Assembly: GCA_963843375.1 (NCBI GenBank)
Contig: CAWJKT010000004.1
Span: forward strand, 384,001-448,000
DNA: 64,000 nucleotides
Direction: 5' to 3'
Origin: an uncultured Pseudomonadota bacterium
GTDB taxonomy: Bacteria > Oederibacteriota > Muellerivitia > Muellerivitales > Muellerivitaceae
The translations under genes and the position numbers were made by a program. The number at the start of each line of letters is the position of its first letter. Within the stretch, counting starts at the first letter, position 1. Positions 10,141 through 20,729 of this stretch are shown piece after piece. The notes beneath the pieces are model-generated. The model was not told where the DNA came from and made no database searches. It worked only from the letters and a program-made list of their open reading frames with translations.

Positions 10141-10887
10141 TCAATGCCCTCCGCCCGGCGAGGGACTGTAGAAACCTGGATGGTGGTTTCGGGGATGGAA
10201 GAGAAAAAGCCATCTTAATCTTTCAAAGTGAGGTGGCCAATCCTCGATTCCGATCCAGGAAAGGCCGACCCTGATCCAGCTTCCCCAAAATTTGAGGTAT
10301 TCCTGTTGAAACCAGAAATTGAAAATCCAATTTTCGGGCAGGGGAGAAGTGGCGTAAGGTTCCACCGTGACGCCCGATCCACGGAGGTAATAACGGGTTA
10401 AAAGCAAAGCCCGGGGCAGATGATACCAGGGCAGGGCCAATACCACCTTTTTGACCCCGGCGGCGATGATGAGCGGGGCGCAATAACGGGCGTTTTGGTC
10501 GGTGGTTTTGGATTGGTTCTCCATTTGAACACGTTTGCCCATGAGGATGGATGGATTGGGAATGAAAAAATTCCAACCGGAAATAAGGAAAATCGGAGGC
10601 GGTCCCGGTCCGTCCCAACCCGCGATGAAATTCGCTCGTTTCCAATCGCCACCGTAGACCAGCACCAACTCGGCGGAAGGGGTGGTTTTGGGCAGGCTAT
10701 AGTAAATACAGGCAAAATAAACCCCTTCACCCGCCAGGAGAATAAAAATGAGGAAGATTAAAATTGGGCGCGCCTTTTGGACGGCCTTCGAGATATTAAA
10801 AAGCCCTCCCTCGGACGGATTCGCTCGGGAAGTGATGGCCCCGGGGTCTTTGGATTTAAAGGGAGTCCTGGCCGGCACCATTTTCAT
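10141..10887 (-). CDS. YdcF/DUF218 family membrane-anchored protein
   Basis: TM anchor, ENQSKTTDQNA, YHLPRA, EYLK motifs; start and C-terminus uncertain. Confidence 0.75.
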   Translation of the reverse strand: MKMVPARTPFKSKDPGAITSRANPSEGGLFNISKAVQKARPILIFLIFILLAGEGVYFACIYYSLPKTTPSAELVLVYGGDWKRANFIAGWDGPGPPPIFLISGWNFFIPNPSILMGKRVQMENQSKTTDQNARYCAPLIIAAGVKKVVLALPWYHLPRALLLTRYYLRGSGVTVEPYATSPLPENWIFNFWFQQEYLKFWGSWIRVGLSWIGIEDWPPHFERLRWLFLFHPRNHHPGFYSPSPGGGH

Positions 10888-11182
10888 TTACTGACTCTTT
10901 CTAATTCCCTGGTTTTGATGGTCAAATTGTCCATAAAAACAACTTTAATCAGAAATCCTATTTGGAGCAATACCACTCCTTACACAGTCTTTTCATATTT
11001 TTTGTTGTAAAGATTTTCCATTTGACCCGTTTTCCCAGGTTTTAGGCAGAGGGAGAACCTCATTTATAGCATTAAAAGCATTTCCAATTATCAAGCGGCA
11101 GAGGCTTCTGTTTCCGGTGGCGAATCGAGGGAAATCCGGGGTATAAAGGCATCTCCGACAATGACGGACCAAGAAGGACGCC

Positions 11183-11969
11183 ATGACTCAAAGTGTCTTG
11201 GAAGTGGGCGCGGCCCTCGTTTTTAAAAACGGCAAATTCCTCATTACCCAGCGCAAGGAAAAAGATTCCTTTGGAGGCTATTGGGAACTGCCCGGCGGAA
11301 AGAAGGAGCCCACCGAATCCCTGGAAGAATGCGTCAAACGGGAACTCAAGGAAGAGCTGGATATCGAGGTGGAGATCAAGCATTTCTTCCGTATCCTTAC
11401 CTACCACTATCCCCAGCGTTCGGTGCGGTTGAATGTCTTCTTTTGCTCGCATAGGTCCGGCGAACCCAAGACGATCGAGTGTCAGGCCCTGGCCTGGGTG
11501 GAACCCAAAGATCTCATCTTCCTACAAATTTCCTGACGCGGACCAGACTCTCCTCCAAGAGCTTGGCCAGCGTGACGATTGGGATAGCTACCTGGACAAC
11601 CTGAAATACCCTCATGAATATTTGGAAGGCATCCGGCTTTTCAATTCGGGTGAATATTTCGAGTGCCACGAGATGCTGGAGGATTTATGGCACCCTTCGG
11701 AAGGGTCGGAACGCCTGCATTATCAGGGCCTGATTCAGGCCGCCATCGCAGTGGAACATTTCCGCAAGGACAACTGGACGGGGGCCCTGGGACTCTACCA
11801 AAAGGCCTGTGAAAAATGGGACCAGATGCCGCCCCAGTTCATGGGCGTGGATTTGAAATGGTTGAGAGGGAAACTGGATATTTTCTTCGGCCAAATCCAA
11901 AAGGCCGGGCCCACCGGTATGCGGGGCGTGGATATCGGGTTGGTACCCAAGATTCCGTTGCCAGAATAA
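11183..11969 (+). CDS. MutT-type NUDIX hydrolase fused to DUF309 domain (one frameshift near 11515)
   Basis: Nudix box WELPGGKKEPTESLEECVKRELKEEL; removing 1 nt gives DLSSYKFPDAD (MutT C-terminus) continuing into FNSGEYFECHEMLEDLW...YQGLIQ (DUF309). Confidence 0.8.
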
Positions 11970-12008
11970 AACCAAGAATCGAAAAAAATCAGAAGAAAAG
12001 AATTTTTC

Positions 12009-12121
12009 ACCACCAAGGGCACCAAGCACACCAAGGACGACGAATGAAAAAGACATATAAGATGTAAGCAATCCAAATCTCTGCTTTGGCTTTTCTTGGT
12101 GAACTTGGTGCCCTTGGTGGT
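12009..12121. repeat. inverted repeat built from CACCAAG units (REP/MITE-like)
   Basis: 12009-12036 ACCACCAAGGGCACCAAGCACACCAAGG pairs with 12094-12121 at 25 of 28 positions. Confidence 0.8.
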
Positions 12122-12135
12122 TAATCGCCTTTGAC

Positions 12136-13190
12136 CTAGTAGTGGTAACTGATCGAAAACCCACATCCGCGCCGGTGTAATCCACATTCACGGGCTTATA
12201 CCGTTGTTCCCGGGAGGTTGGCCCGAGGAGCCATTGGAATCGGTTGATAAAACCGAAGTTTGGCTGGATCCCGCAGCATTTGTCGTGGTGCCTTGGATGT
12301 TGCCGGTTGTCGCATAACCGAGCCCTCACGAATAGGCTGGCGGAGAATTGGTCCCCCAAGGCTATTTCCCAGCCTAAACCCAGGAAACCACCTATACCAA
12401 TGCCCGCCATCTCGCCCGATTCGAAAACATTTCCGTTATTCAGGTAATTCAAATTCACAATGGTGTTATATAAACCCCCGCCAGCGTTGGCGTAAAATCG
12501 GGTTCGGCCCAATTTGAAAAAACGGAAATACTCGGCCTGAACGGAGATCATTTCGGGCTGAACGCTTTCTTTCAAATAGCCCTCGTTTTCTTTGCTTTGG
12601 GCGGTGTATCCGTTCAAGGTGGCTCCGTCCACCACCACGCCCCAAGCGTTGAAGGTGTCCAGCATGAAGCCCACTTCCATTCCCCCTAAAAGGCCGAAAC
12701 CGTCCGCCGTGGCAGTATTTTGAATATTGATTGCCGTGTAATAATTGCTAAAGGCTGTGGCAGCCTTGGACAGATCCCCCAGCCTTGCGGTCATGACGCC
12801 GGTTTGGAACTTGAACCAAATATCGTAGTTCCGGAATGCCCGGGGATAAGGATCATTTTTTTCGTTCTCCCAAATGATCCGGGCCCGAATGCTTTCCGCT
12901 AGGTTCCAGAGTTCCGAGTTTCGGGGATTCCAATGAAGACTATGGTCAAAAGCGGCCAAGGCGAGGGCTGGCTGGTTGGAAAGGTAATAGTCGTAACCCA
13001 GGATTTGCCAGGCTTTCCAGTTTTGGGGCTCCAACTGGACTGCGGCCTTCATGTAGGGGATGGAATCCGCGTAATCCTTGCGCGCGTATAAATCAAAGCC
13101 CGCCACATAATAATCGTTGGTCGTGGCGGCCCGTAGGGGAAGGGATAAAATCGAGAGAAATAAAATTTGAAGAACCAACCGAAAAGGCAT
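12136..13190 (-). CDS. TPR domain plus outer-membrane beta-barrel protein (indels near the C-terminus)
   Basis: Signal peptide, TPR (AVQLEPQNWKAWQILGYDYY), amphipathic beta strands; frame-corrected end GADVGFSISYHY*. Confidence 0.7.
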
Positions 13191-13302
13191 TGGAGTCCTA
13201 AATGGAATTGGGTTAAAAACCGCCCCAGTATAATCCGAAGGGATAAGGCAAATCAGGCGGTTTGGGTGGAAGAATCGGCTGCCCGGGGTTTTCATCAAGG
13301 TT

Positions 13303-14217
13303 CTAAGAATGGAGTGCGTTTCGAATCCACATTGGGTATTTGATCCTCTCCAAAGCGCTGTTCCGGGTGAAAGTTTTGAATTCCAATTCGGACATTTGGA
13401 CGGCCTTTTCCTTGGTGAGTTCGAGGACTTCGGGACGGGGTTGGAAAGCTTCCTCGTGTCCTGCCGGGGCGTTGACATTATAAGGGCAGACAGTCTGACA
13501 GAGATCACAACCCGCCAAGTAACCGTGAAGATCGATTTTCTTCGGAAGATCTGAACGGTGTTCCAGGGTGAGGTAACTGATGCATTTCGTTGCGTTCAAG
13601 AGCCCTGGCTCCTCCAAGGCACCCGTGGGGCAGGCGTCCAGGCAGGCGGTACAAGTTTTACAAAGATTCTCCACCGGTTCGTCGGGCGCCAGATCCACGT
13701 CGGTTAGGATTTCACCTAAAAAAATAAAGGACCCGAATTTTTTATTTAAAAGAAGTGTGTTTTTTCCGGTCCAGCCCAGGCCCGCGACAGCGGAATAACC
13801 GCGTTCCAAGACGGGGCCCGTGTCCACATAGGACTTGGCCTTGGCGCCGGGTTCGATTTCCCGGCAAAGATAAGTGATGAGGACCTCCAGCTTTTCCCTC
13901 ATGACTTCATGGTAATCCCGGCCCCAGGCGTAACAGGAAACGGGATTTTTCTCAAGGAGGGGAGCGTGTTCGGGTTTCGGGTTATAGCTTAAGGCGACGC
14001 AGAAAAACGATTTGGCCCCGGGTAAAAGGGACTGGGGATCGCCCCGTTCCTCTTTACGACGGTCCAAATAACCCATTTCGCCGGCATAACCGCGCTTCAG
14101 CCAATCCAAGAAGAAAGCGTAACTCTCGGGGGCAATGGCCGCAGCGGCCCCAGCAAGTTCAAAACCTTGCTCATAGGCCTTTTGTTTGAGAAGAGAGGTA
14201 CGCTCAAGGGCGTTCAT
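13303..14217 (-). CDS. queG: epoxyqueuosine reductase
   Basis: GYAGEMGYL, YAWGRDYH, VDTGPVLER, GLGWTGKN, CxxCxxCxxxCP, GCDLCQTVCP; ATGA overlap with upstream gene. Confidence 0.93.
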   Translation of the reverse strand: MNALERTSLLKQKAYEQGFELAGAAAAIAPESYAFFLDWLKRGYAGEMGYLDRRKEERGDPQSLLPGAKSFFCVALSYNPKPEHAPLLEKNPVSCYAWGRDYHEVMREKLEVLITYLCREIEPGAKAKSYVDTGPVLERGYSAVAGLGWTGKNTLLLNKKFGSFIFLGEILTDVDLAPDEPVENLCKTCTACLDACPTGALEEPGLLNATKCISYLTLEHRSDLPKKIDLHGYLAGCDLCQTVCPYNVNAPAGHEEAFQPRPEVLELTKEKAVQMSELEFKTFTRNSALERIKYPMWIRNALHS

Positions 14218-14750
14218 TCGTTTTTGAAATGGGAATAGGTGAGGCCCACCGCGCTGATGGAAGCGAAGACCAGCACGAGGCCGACCATCACGCGGAATTG
14301 ATTGGACCCGGCGATCAAGGCGATTAGACCCGCCACTACCACGGTCCAAGAAAAGCCGATCCAAAGCCAATCTTTGGCCTTTCTCATGGGGCCATGGGCT
14401 TTCAATTTTGCCGTGAATTGGGATGAGGTAAAGCGTTCCAGAGTTGTTGTGTTGTCCACTTGGCCGCCTAATTCACGCAGGAGAGTATCCACGAGAAAAA
14501 GCTGGAGTTCATGGGCCCGGGTGGGAGCGTCCCGGTAAACTGAAATTTTGTAGCGCCCGGTTTCTGGATCATGGGTGAGCAGACATTCCAACTCGGGGGG
14601 GCCTGCTTCAAAAAAACGGACGGATTCCCATTCTTGGTCCGGACCCTTCAAGTTGATTTCCACGGGAAAGCCCCGGTGATGTAGGTCCTCCATTAACCGG
14701 GTTCCTTGAGGCTTTTCATTTTTTTCGGGAGTCAGGACATATTCAGCCAT
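14214..14750 (-). CDS. hypothetical protein with two C-terminal TM helices
   Basis: 178 aa ORF, stop overlaps queG start. Confidence 0.7.
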   Translation of the reverse strand: MAEYVLTPEKNEKPQGTRLMEDLHHRGFPVEINLKGPDQEWESVRFFEAGPPELECLLTHDPETGRYKISVYRDAPTRAHELQLFLVDTLLRELGGQVDNTTTLERFTSSQFTAKLKAHGPMRKAKDWLWIGFSWTVVVAGLIALIAGSNQFRVMVGLVLVFASISAVGLTYSHFKNE

Positions 14751-14791
14751 TTTGGTTTAGAGGCTCCGATAAAACGTTTTTAAGAATGTAC

Positions 14792-14825
14792 AAAAAAACA
14801 GGGGCGGAGAAAAACTCCGCCCCTG
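14792..14825 (-). terminator. intrinsic terminator after mtnD
   Basis: CAGGGGCGGAG-aaaaa-CTCCGCCCCTG with A7 on the plus strand. Confidence 0.8.
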
Positions 14826-14845
14826 GACGAATCAAATAAATTTTT

Positions 14846-15310
14846 TTATTTTGCAGCGGCGGCTTGCGCGCCCTGGCGATAGACCGGGGTCCAACCCGAC
14901 TGGTCCTTGAAGAGACGGACGCATTGGATTTTCTTCTCGTCGGTCAGGTAGAAGCGGTGAAAACGGTTGGCCGGAACCGAGATGAAATCCTGGGGCTCGA
15001 CCATGACCTTCATCCAACGGTCGTCCTGGCTTCGGATTTCGAATACGCCCGAACCCGCCAGCACGAAACGCACCTCGTCGTCGGTATGCAGGTGTTCCCC
15101 GACGAACTTATCGCAAAGGGCCTGGAAATTAGGCATCTCGGACCACATCTTGACCTGGTCCATGGTGACGTAGCCGTTTTCCTTCATGATTTTTTCCAAG
15201 GGAGGTTTGTATGCCGTTTCCTCGATGGGAAGTTGTTGGTAAGTGACTCCTTGGGCGTTGAGTTCCTCCGAGGTGATGTTATTGCCCGTCTCCAACCAAA
15301 TTGCTTTCAT
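14846..15310 (-). CDS. mtnD: acireductone dioxygenase (cupin)
   Basis: EHLHTDDEVRFVLAGSGVF, HRF, RLF...W motifs. Confidence 0.92.
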   Translation of the reverse strand: MKAIWLETGNNITSEELNAQGVTYQQLPIEETAYKPPLEKIMKENGYVTMDQVKMWSEMPNFQALCDKFVGEHLHTDDEVRFVLAGSGVFEIRSQDDRWMKVMVEPQDFISVPANRFHRFYLTDEKKIQCVRLFKDQSGWTPVYRQGAQAAAAK

Positions 15311-15391
15311 GCGTCCTCCTCAAAAACTGTTTTGAATTTTAAGTTTTGAGTGAAACTCAAAACAAATAACCAATTAGAACTTAAACTTTTG

Positions 15392-16063
15392 TTAAGTTTC
15401 CAGCGCGATTCCCAGCTGTTTCATTCGTCCCGCCGCCTCGAAAAGGTAGTCGTAACATTCGGCGTGAGTTTTAGCCTGCTTCCAATCCTTGCCCCAAACA
15501 TAGACTCCGTGGCGCCGCACCAAAATCGCGCGGGTCTTGGGGTTGTTTTTGATCGCCGCACCCAGGGAATCGGCCAGTTCGCACTCATAGGCGGTGTTGT
15601 CAATAATGGGAACTTCCAGAGTGTCGAATGCGCCGTAACCCTCCACGCCCTTTTGCATTTCCATATTCTTAATTCGGAATTGCTTGTCGAAAAGCATGGT
15701 GGCGGTGGCTGCGTTGACCGAATGGCTGTGAAGGACAGCGCCGGCGTTCCTCATTTTATAGGCGTGCATGAAGAGGGGGGCGCATTGGGAAAGCTTCAAA
15801 CCCCGCCCCGGTTCTTCCACGATATTGCCGTCACCGTCCAGGACGAAGATATCTTCCGGATTTAACCTTTCCTTTTGGACGCCGCTGGGGGCCATATAGA
15901 TGTGATCCCCCTCCTTGATGGAAATCCCCCCGCCGGTGCCGGAGGCCCAACCCAGATCGTAAAAATTACGGCATAATTCGCAGACCAATTCACGGGTTTT
16001 TTGGGAAGAGGAGGAAGGTTTATGGGACTTCTTAACTTTTGCTTCAGTTAGAATAGATTTCAT
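15392..16063 (-). CDS. mtnB: methylthioribulose-1-phosphate dehydratase
   Basis: [47 protein letters not shown]. Confidence 0.93.
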   Translation of the reverse strand: MKSILTEAKVKKSHKPSSSSQKTRELVCELCRNFYDLGWASGTGGGISIKEGDHIYMAPSGVQKERLNPEDIFVLDGDGNIVEEPGRGLKLSQCAPLFMHAYKMRNAGAVLHSHSVNAATATMLFDKQFRIKNMEMQKGVEGYGAFDTLEVPIIDNTAYECELADSLGAAIKNNPKTRAILVRRHGVYVWGKDWKQAKTHAECYDYLFEAAGRMKQLGIALET

Positions 16064-16073
16064 TTTGAAATAA

Positions 16074-16102
16074 ATTATCAGTATTCTGTCCTGAAACGTC
16101 AA
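16074..16102 (-). promoter_or_regulatory. sigma70-type promoter of mtnB-mtnD
   Basis: TTGACG-N17-GATAAT on the minus strand. Confidence 0.6.
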
Positions 16103-16143
16103 GAGAAAGACAAATCTAAGAATCCCGGTGTAAAGGAAAGTCT

Positions 16144-16599
16144 GTGGCCTCTTATTACCAATTCACCCAATCGCTATTCATCCAAGCTTCCCCTGAAAAA
16201 GTTTACGACGCCTTAACGAATTGGCCGGTTCGCGCCCAATGGCGCCGTGGAATCGAAATTGACTGGGAAGAAGAAGGAATCGCTTTCCTGAACCAAAAAG
16301 TGACCTTCCGGGTCAAAAGACCCTTGTTTACCTATTCTTTTTCCTTTCGCGTAACGGGGCTGGAACCGCCTCGGCGATTATATATGGAATACACCGGAAG
16401 GCCCTTATTGGGACGGGCCGCGCTGGAAATAAATCCCCAGGGTAGTGGTTGCCAAGTGTTTTTCCATTGGATGAAAGTGCAACCAGTCGGGTGGGCGGCC
16501 AGGCTGTTCTTCGCCTTCGGATTCGGGTTGCGGACGCACCGTATAAGGACAATGGAAACTTTGGAGATGCTGAAGGAATACCTCGAAGGTAAGGCTTAA
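16144..16599 (+). CDS. SRPBCC/START-fold protein
   Basis: [13 protein letters not shown]...W, EPPRRL, C-terminal LxxLKxYLE helix. Confidence 0.8.
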   Translation: MASYYQFTQSLFIQASPEKVYDALTNWPVRAQWRRGIEIDWEEEGIAFLNQKVTFRVKRPLFTYSFSFRVTGLEPPRRLYMEYTGRPLLGRAALEINPQGSGCQVFFHWMKVQPVGWAARLFFAFGFGLRTHRIRTMETLEMLKEYLEGKA

Positions 16600-16774
16600 C
16601 GGCTTTTTTAAGCTGTTTTAAGCGGATAAATTAAAAATTATTTTAATTAAATGTGCTTATGCATGCCTTTCCGGGGCCCAAGTCGTTGTTGATTTAGCTT
16701 CTCTTGCCCTCTTATTATATCGTTCCTATTTTAATTTCCGATGCGATGCATTTTTGAAGAAAACGGAGAACGAC

Positions 16775-17935
16775 ATGAGCAACCTCAGCCAAGACCAGAT
16801 CAAGCGCTATACCCGCCATATCCTGCTTCCTGAAGTGGGTGTCACTGGACAAAAAAAGCTCCTCGACGCAAAAGTGCTGGTAGTGGGGGCGGGCGGGTTG
16901 GGCTGTCCCATTTCGCTTTATCTCGCCGCGGCGGGAGTGGGTACCATCGGCCTGGTGGATTTCGACACGGTGGATGCCAGTAACCTTCAACGCCAAATTC
17001 TTTTCACCACTGAGGACGTGGGCAAGCCCAAGGTGGAAGTGGCGGCCAAGCGCCTGAAGGCCCTGAACCCGGATGTCAAGGTCAATACCTACCAAGTGGC
17101 CCTGAAGAGCGACAACATCATGGATATCCTCAAAGACTATGACATTATTATCGACGGGACGGATAATTTTCCGACCCGTTACCTCACCAACGACGCCGCG
17201 GTACTTCAGAAGAAGCCCAACATTTATGGTTCCATTTTCCGTTTTGACGGGCAGGTGACGGTATTCAAGACCCCTGAGGGCCCCTGCTACCGCTGTCTTT
17301 ATCCCGAACCGCCCCCTCCGGGCGAAGTGCCTTCCTGCGCCGAAGGAGGCGTCATGGGAGCGATGGTGGGAACCATCGGGGCTATCCAGGCCACCGAGGC
17401 TATCAAGCTCATCACGGGGGCGGGCAAACCCGCCATCGGAAAGTTCGTCATTTACAACTCGCTGGATATGCAGTTTAGGAACCTTAAGTTGCATAAGGAC
17501 CCGTCCTGCCCCATTTGTGGGACCAACCCCACGATCAAGCAATTGATTGACTACGAGCAATTCTGCGGCATGAAGGTGGAGGAAACCCAGACGAAGCAGG
17601 TGACCGTGGGCAAAGACGAGATCGACGCGTTGGAACTGAAGGTGATGATGGACGAGAAGCAGGATTTCTTCCTTCTCGACGTCCGGGAGCCGAACGAGTT
17701 TGAAATCGCCCGTATTCCAGGGTCTACTCTCCTCCCACTATCCCAATTGCCCAACCGCTTCCATGAACTGGACAAGTACAAGGGAAAAGAAATCGTGGTG
17801 CATTGCAAGGGCGGCACCCGCAGCGCCAAGGCTATTAACTTCCTCAAACAGCAGGGTTTCGACCACCTAGTGAACGTCGCGGGAGGTATCCTGGGCTGGA
17901 GCGATCAGGTGGATTCGTCAGTTCCCAAGTATTGA
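16775..17935 (+). CDS. moeB: ThiF/MoeB adenylyltransferase with C-terminal rhodanese (MoeZ/MoeB type)
   Basis: GAGGLG, SNLQRQ, CYRCLYP, SCAEGGV, CPIC, LDVRE...HCKGGTRS. Confidence 0.92.
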   Translation: MSNLSQDQIKRYTRHILLPEVGVTGQKKLLDAKVLVVGAGGLGCPISLYLAAAGVGTIGLVDFDTVDASNLQRQILFTTEDVGKPKVEVAAKRLKALNPDVKVNTYQVALKSDNIMDILKDYDIIIDGTDNFPTRYLTNDAAVLQKKPNIYGSIFRFDGQVTVFKTPEGPCYRCLYPEPPPPGEVPSCAEGGVMGAMVGTIGAIQATEAIKLITGAGKPAIGKFVIYNSLDMQFRNLKLHKDPSCPICGTNPTIKQLIDYEQFCGMKVEETQTKQVTVGKDEIDALELKVMMDEKQDFFLLDVREPNEFEIARIPGSTLLPLSQLPNRFHELDKYKGKEIVVHCKGGTRSAKAINFLKQQGFDHLVNVAGGILGWSDQVDSSVPKY

Positions 17936-18011
17936 AACTTAACCGTGAATAAAAGTCTTTTGGATTCATGAGGTTTTTTTAAATTCGCTTCTTCACCGTG
18001 AGAGGCCTTTA

Positions 18012-18638
18012 ATGTCTGATCCCATCAAAAAAGAAATCGGCGTGGCTCGGGTTGCCTTCGGCAACCGGTTCCAGGCATTTGTGGAATTCGAAAGCTCTGA
18101 AACCGACGTCCTTTCCCGAGAGCGGGACTCCATCCAGCTTTTTTCTCTGGCCCTGGTGCGCATCCTTTTCCTGTTGGGGGAAAACAAGCAGGCGCCGATG
18201 CTTCTGGAATATGTTCAAACCGCCATGGGTGACACAGTGACACCCAAGGGACTCCAGCGACCCACCATCCTGGGCCAGGGCCAGGGTTTGATGGAAAAAC
18301 TGCCTGAAAAGCTGGAGAAGCTTATGATTCTTAAACTTGTCCAGGAGGAAGAAAACCGGCTTGCGGAAATCACCCTGCCCCTGGGGGATGAGGGCCATTT
18401 TTATCCCGCCACCCTCATTTTCTACTTTCAATATCTTATCCGCAGTTTGACCGAAGCCTCCTTATTCTTCCTTATTCTGGTTTTGGGAGGAATGATGGAA
18501 TATTACGAGAAAATCGGGAAAACCAATGATCTCAAGGCCCTCGTCGACGGGCCAGCCTACGCTTTTTCCACCGCTATCCGGTACATCGAGGATGAGCGTC
18601 GCCGGAATCTACCGCCTTCCGCTCCTTCCGTTAACTAA
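18012..18638 (+). CDS. hypothetical protein
   Basis: 208 aa ORF, stop overlaps galK start (TAATG). Confidence 0.7.
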   Translation: MSDPIKKEIGVARVAFGNRFQAFVEFESSETDVLSRERDSIQLFSLALVRILFLLGENKQAPMLLEYVQTAMGDTVTPKGLQRPTILGQGQGLMEKLPEKLEKLMILKLVQEEENRLAEITLPLGDEGHFYPATLIFYFQYLIRSLTEASLFFLILVLGGMMEYYEKIGKTNDLKALVDGPAYAFSTAIRYIEDERRRNLPPSAPSVN

Positions 18639-19822
18639 TGACCCTGCCCTTCGAGCAAGCCAAAGAAATTTTCTCCCAAACCTACACGGGCTCGCCGGAA
18701 TTAACGGTGACCGCCCCGGGGCGGGTCAACCTTATCGGCGAACACACCGATTATAATAATGGGTTCGTGCTTCCAATGGCGGTTAGCCGCGGCATTGCCA
18801 TCGCTGGACGCGAAAGGAAGGATTCCAAGATTTTGCTTTATTCCGCCGATTACCAGGAATCGGAAAACTTCTCCCTCGACTCCATCCGACCCGACTTCAG
18901 CCGGCCTTGGGCCAATTATTTCAAGGGGGTTGCTCTGATGATGAGGAAAAACGGACTTTCCTTGAGCGGGTGGGAAGCGGTGATCAAGGGCGACCTGCCC
19001 CAGGGGGCGGGGTTGAGTTCCTCAGCCGCTTTGGAAGTGGCGGGGGCGGTCTTCCTCCAAAAACTCTTCAACCTTGGCTTGGAGGATTTGGACTTGGTGC
19101 GCCTCGCCCAGCAGGCGGAAAACGAGTTCGTGGGAGTTCATTGCGGCATCATGGACCAGTTCGCTTCTTATATGGGGGGGAAAGATCACGCCCTTTTCCT
19201 GGATTGCCTGAGCCTGGAATATGACTGGGTGCCTTTGGGTCCTGAAATTAAAGTAGTGGTTTTCAACACGGGGGTTAAGCGAGAGCTTGCTTCCTCCGAA
19301 TACAACGAGCGCCGCCGGCAATGCCAGGAAGGGGTGAGACAATTCTCGGGTTTATTGCCCCACATCAAATCCCTGCGGGATGTTTCCCTTTGTGATTTTG
19401 AGAAATACCAGGACCGGTTGGACTCCGTCACGATGAAAAGATGCCGCCATGTCATTTCGGAAAACCAGAGGGTCTTGGAAACGGTGGAGGCCTTGAAGGC
19501 CAAAAATTTTGAGAGGGTTAAAACCCTGTTCCGGGAATCCCATGAGAGCCTGCGAGATGATTACGAAGTGAGTTGTCACGAACTGGATGTGCTGGTGGAA
19601 CTGGCCCAGGAACATCCACTTCAGAAAGGTTCCCGAATGACGGGTGGGGGGTTCGGAGGCTGCACGGTGCACCTGGTCCCTTCGGAAGAACAGGTTGTGG
19701 AAAACTTTATTTCCTTTGTGGCGGATGGCTACGAAAAGCGCATTGGCCAAAAGCCGGAAAGTTATATATTCACCCCCTCGGCGGGAGCCAAGTTTTTGAA
19801 TAATGCCGAGGTTAAAAAATGA
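18638..19822 (+). CDS. galK: galactokinase
   Basis: APGRVNLIGEHTDYN, GAGLSSSAALE, CGIMDQ, RMTGGGFGGC. Confidence 0.95.
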   Translation: MTLPFEQAKEIFSQTYTGSPELTVTAPGRVNLIGEHTDYNNGFVLPMAVSRGIAIAGRERKDSKILLYSADYQESENFSLDSIRPDFSRPWANYFKGVALMMRKNGLSLSGWEAVIKGDLPQGAGLSSSAALEVAGAVFLQKLFNLGLEDLDLVRLAQQAENEFVGVHCGIMDQFASYMGGKDHALFLDCLSLEYDWVPLGPEIKVVVFNTGVKRELASSEYNERRRQCQEGVRQFSGLLPHIKSLRDVSLCDFEKYQDRLDSVTMKRCRHVISENQRVLETVEALKAKNFERVKTLFRESHESLRDDYEVSCHELDVLVELAQEHPLQKGSRMTGGGFGGCTVHLVPSEEQVVENFISFVADGYEKRIGQKPESYIFTPSAGAKFLNNAEVKK

Positions 19823-20729
19823 GACCCACTTTACTGATCATGGCGGCGGGAATGGGCAGCCGCTACGGGGGTTTGAAGCAAATGGAGCCCATGGGCCCCA
19901 ATGGGTCCACCCTTTTGGATTATTCCGTGTACGACGCCATCCGGGCGGGATTTGGCAAGGTGGTTTTCGTTATCCGCCACGATATCGAGGCGGATTTCAA
20001 GAAAATCGTCGGGAAGAAATGGGAATCGAAAGTTCCCGTTCGGTATGTTTTCCAGGAATTGGCGATGGTGCCGGAGGATTTTAAAATTCCACAAGGACGC
20101 CAAAAACCGTGGGGTACCGGCCATGCGATTTGGGTTGCTCAGGGCGCTATTCAAGAGCCTTTTGCCGCCATCAACGCCGACGATTATTACGGGCGGAATT
20201 CTTTTAAGGTCATGGCCGGGTTTCTTAAAAAAATAAAGAAAAACAATATCTCCACCTATGGCATGGTGGGATTTCCATTAGGCAAAACCCTGTCCGAACA
20301 TGGGACGGTCGCCCGGGGGGTTTGCCGGATAGGGACTGGAAAGCAGTTGGAGGAAGTGGTGGAAAGAACCCATATCGCCCAAGAAGGCCGGAAGATTTTT
20401 TACCTGGATGAATCGGGGAAAAAGCGATCCTTGAAAAGAACCCAAATGGTTTCCATGAACATGTGGGGGTTTACACGCCGTTTCTCTTCCGGCAACTCGA
20501 CAAAAGGTTCGGAAGATTTTTAGAAGAAAAAGGACAAGACATCAAATCGGAATTCTTGATCCCCCGGGTGGTGGACGAGGCCATCGCCTCGCGGGAGGCT
20601 ACAGTGAAAGTGCTTTCCACGAAAGACCAGTGGTTCGGGGTGACCTATCCCCAGGACCGGGAAAGGGTCTATAAAAACATGGTGATGCTCGTCAACCGAA
20701 AGGTTTATCCGGCCATTCTATGGGAATAG
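19819..20729 (+). CDS. sugar-phosphate nucleotidyltransferase (frameshift near 20473)
   Basis: AAGMGSRYGGLKQ, KPWGTGHA, INADDYYG, SMNMWGF, continues in another frame to EFLIP...WFGVTY. Confidence 0.85.

Noticed and set aside
11534..11536. TGA as selenocysteine or recoded stop
   Set aside because: Conserved continuation is in another frame; TGA acts as a stop in many genes here
11685..13508. 607 aa ORF overlapping queG and DUF309
   Set aside because: Real gene is about 12136-13190; extensions arise from an upstream alternative start and indel read-through
13303..14370. 355 aa queG with N-terminal extension
   Set aside because: Extension overlaps the upstream gene; ATG 14217 fits the ATGA coupling
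16715..17560. Long antisense ORFs opposite moeB, mdh, MBL hydrolase and the Trp-rich gene
   Set aside because: Typical shadows of well-conserved genes, no motifs
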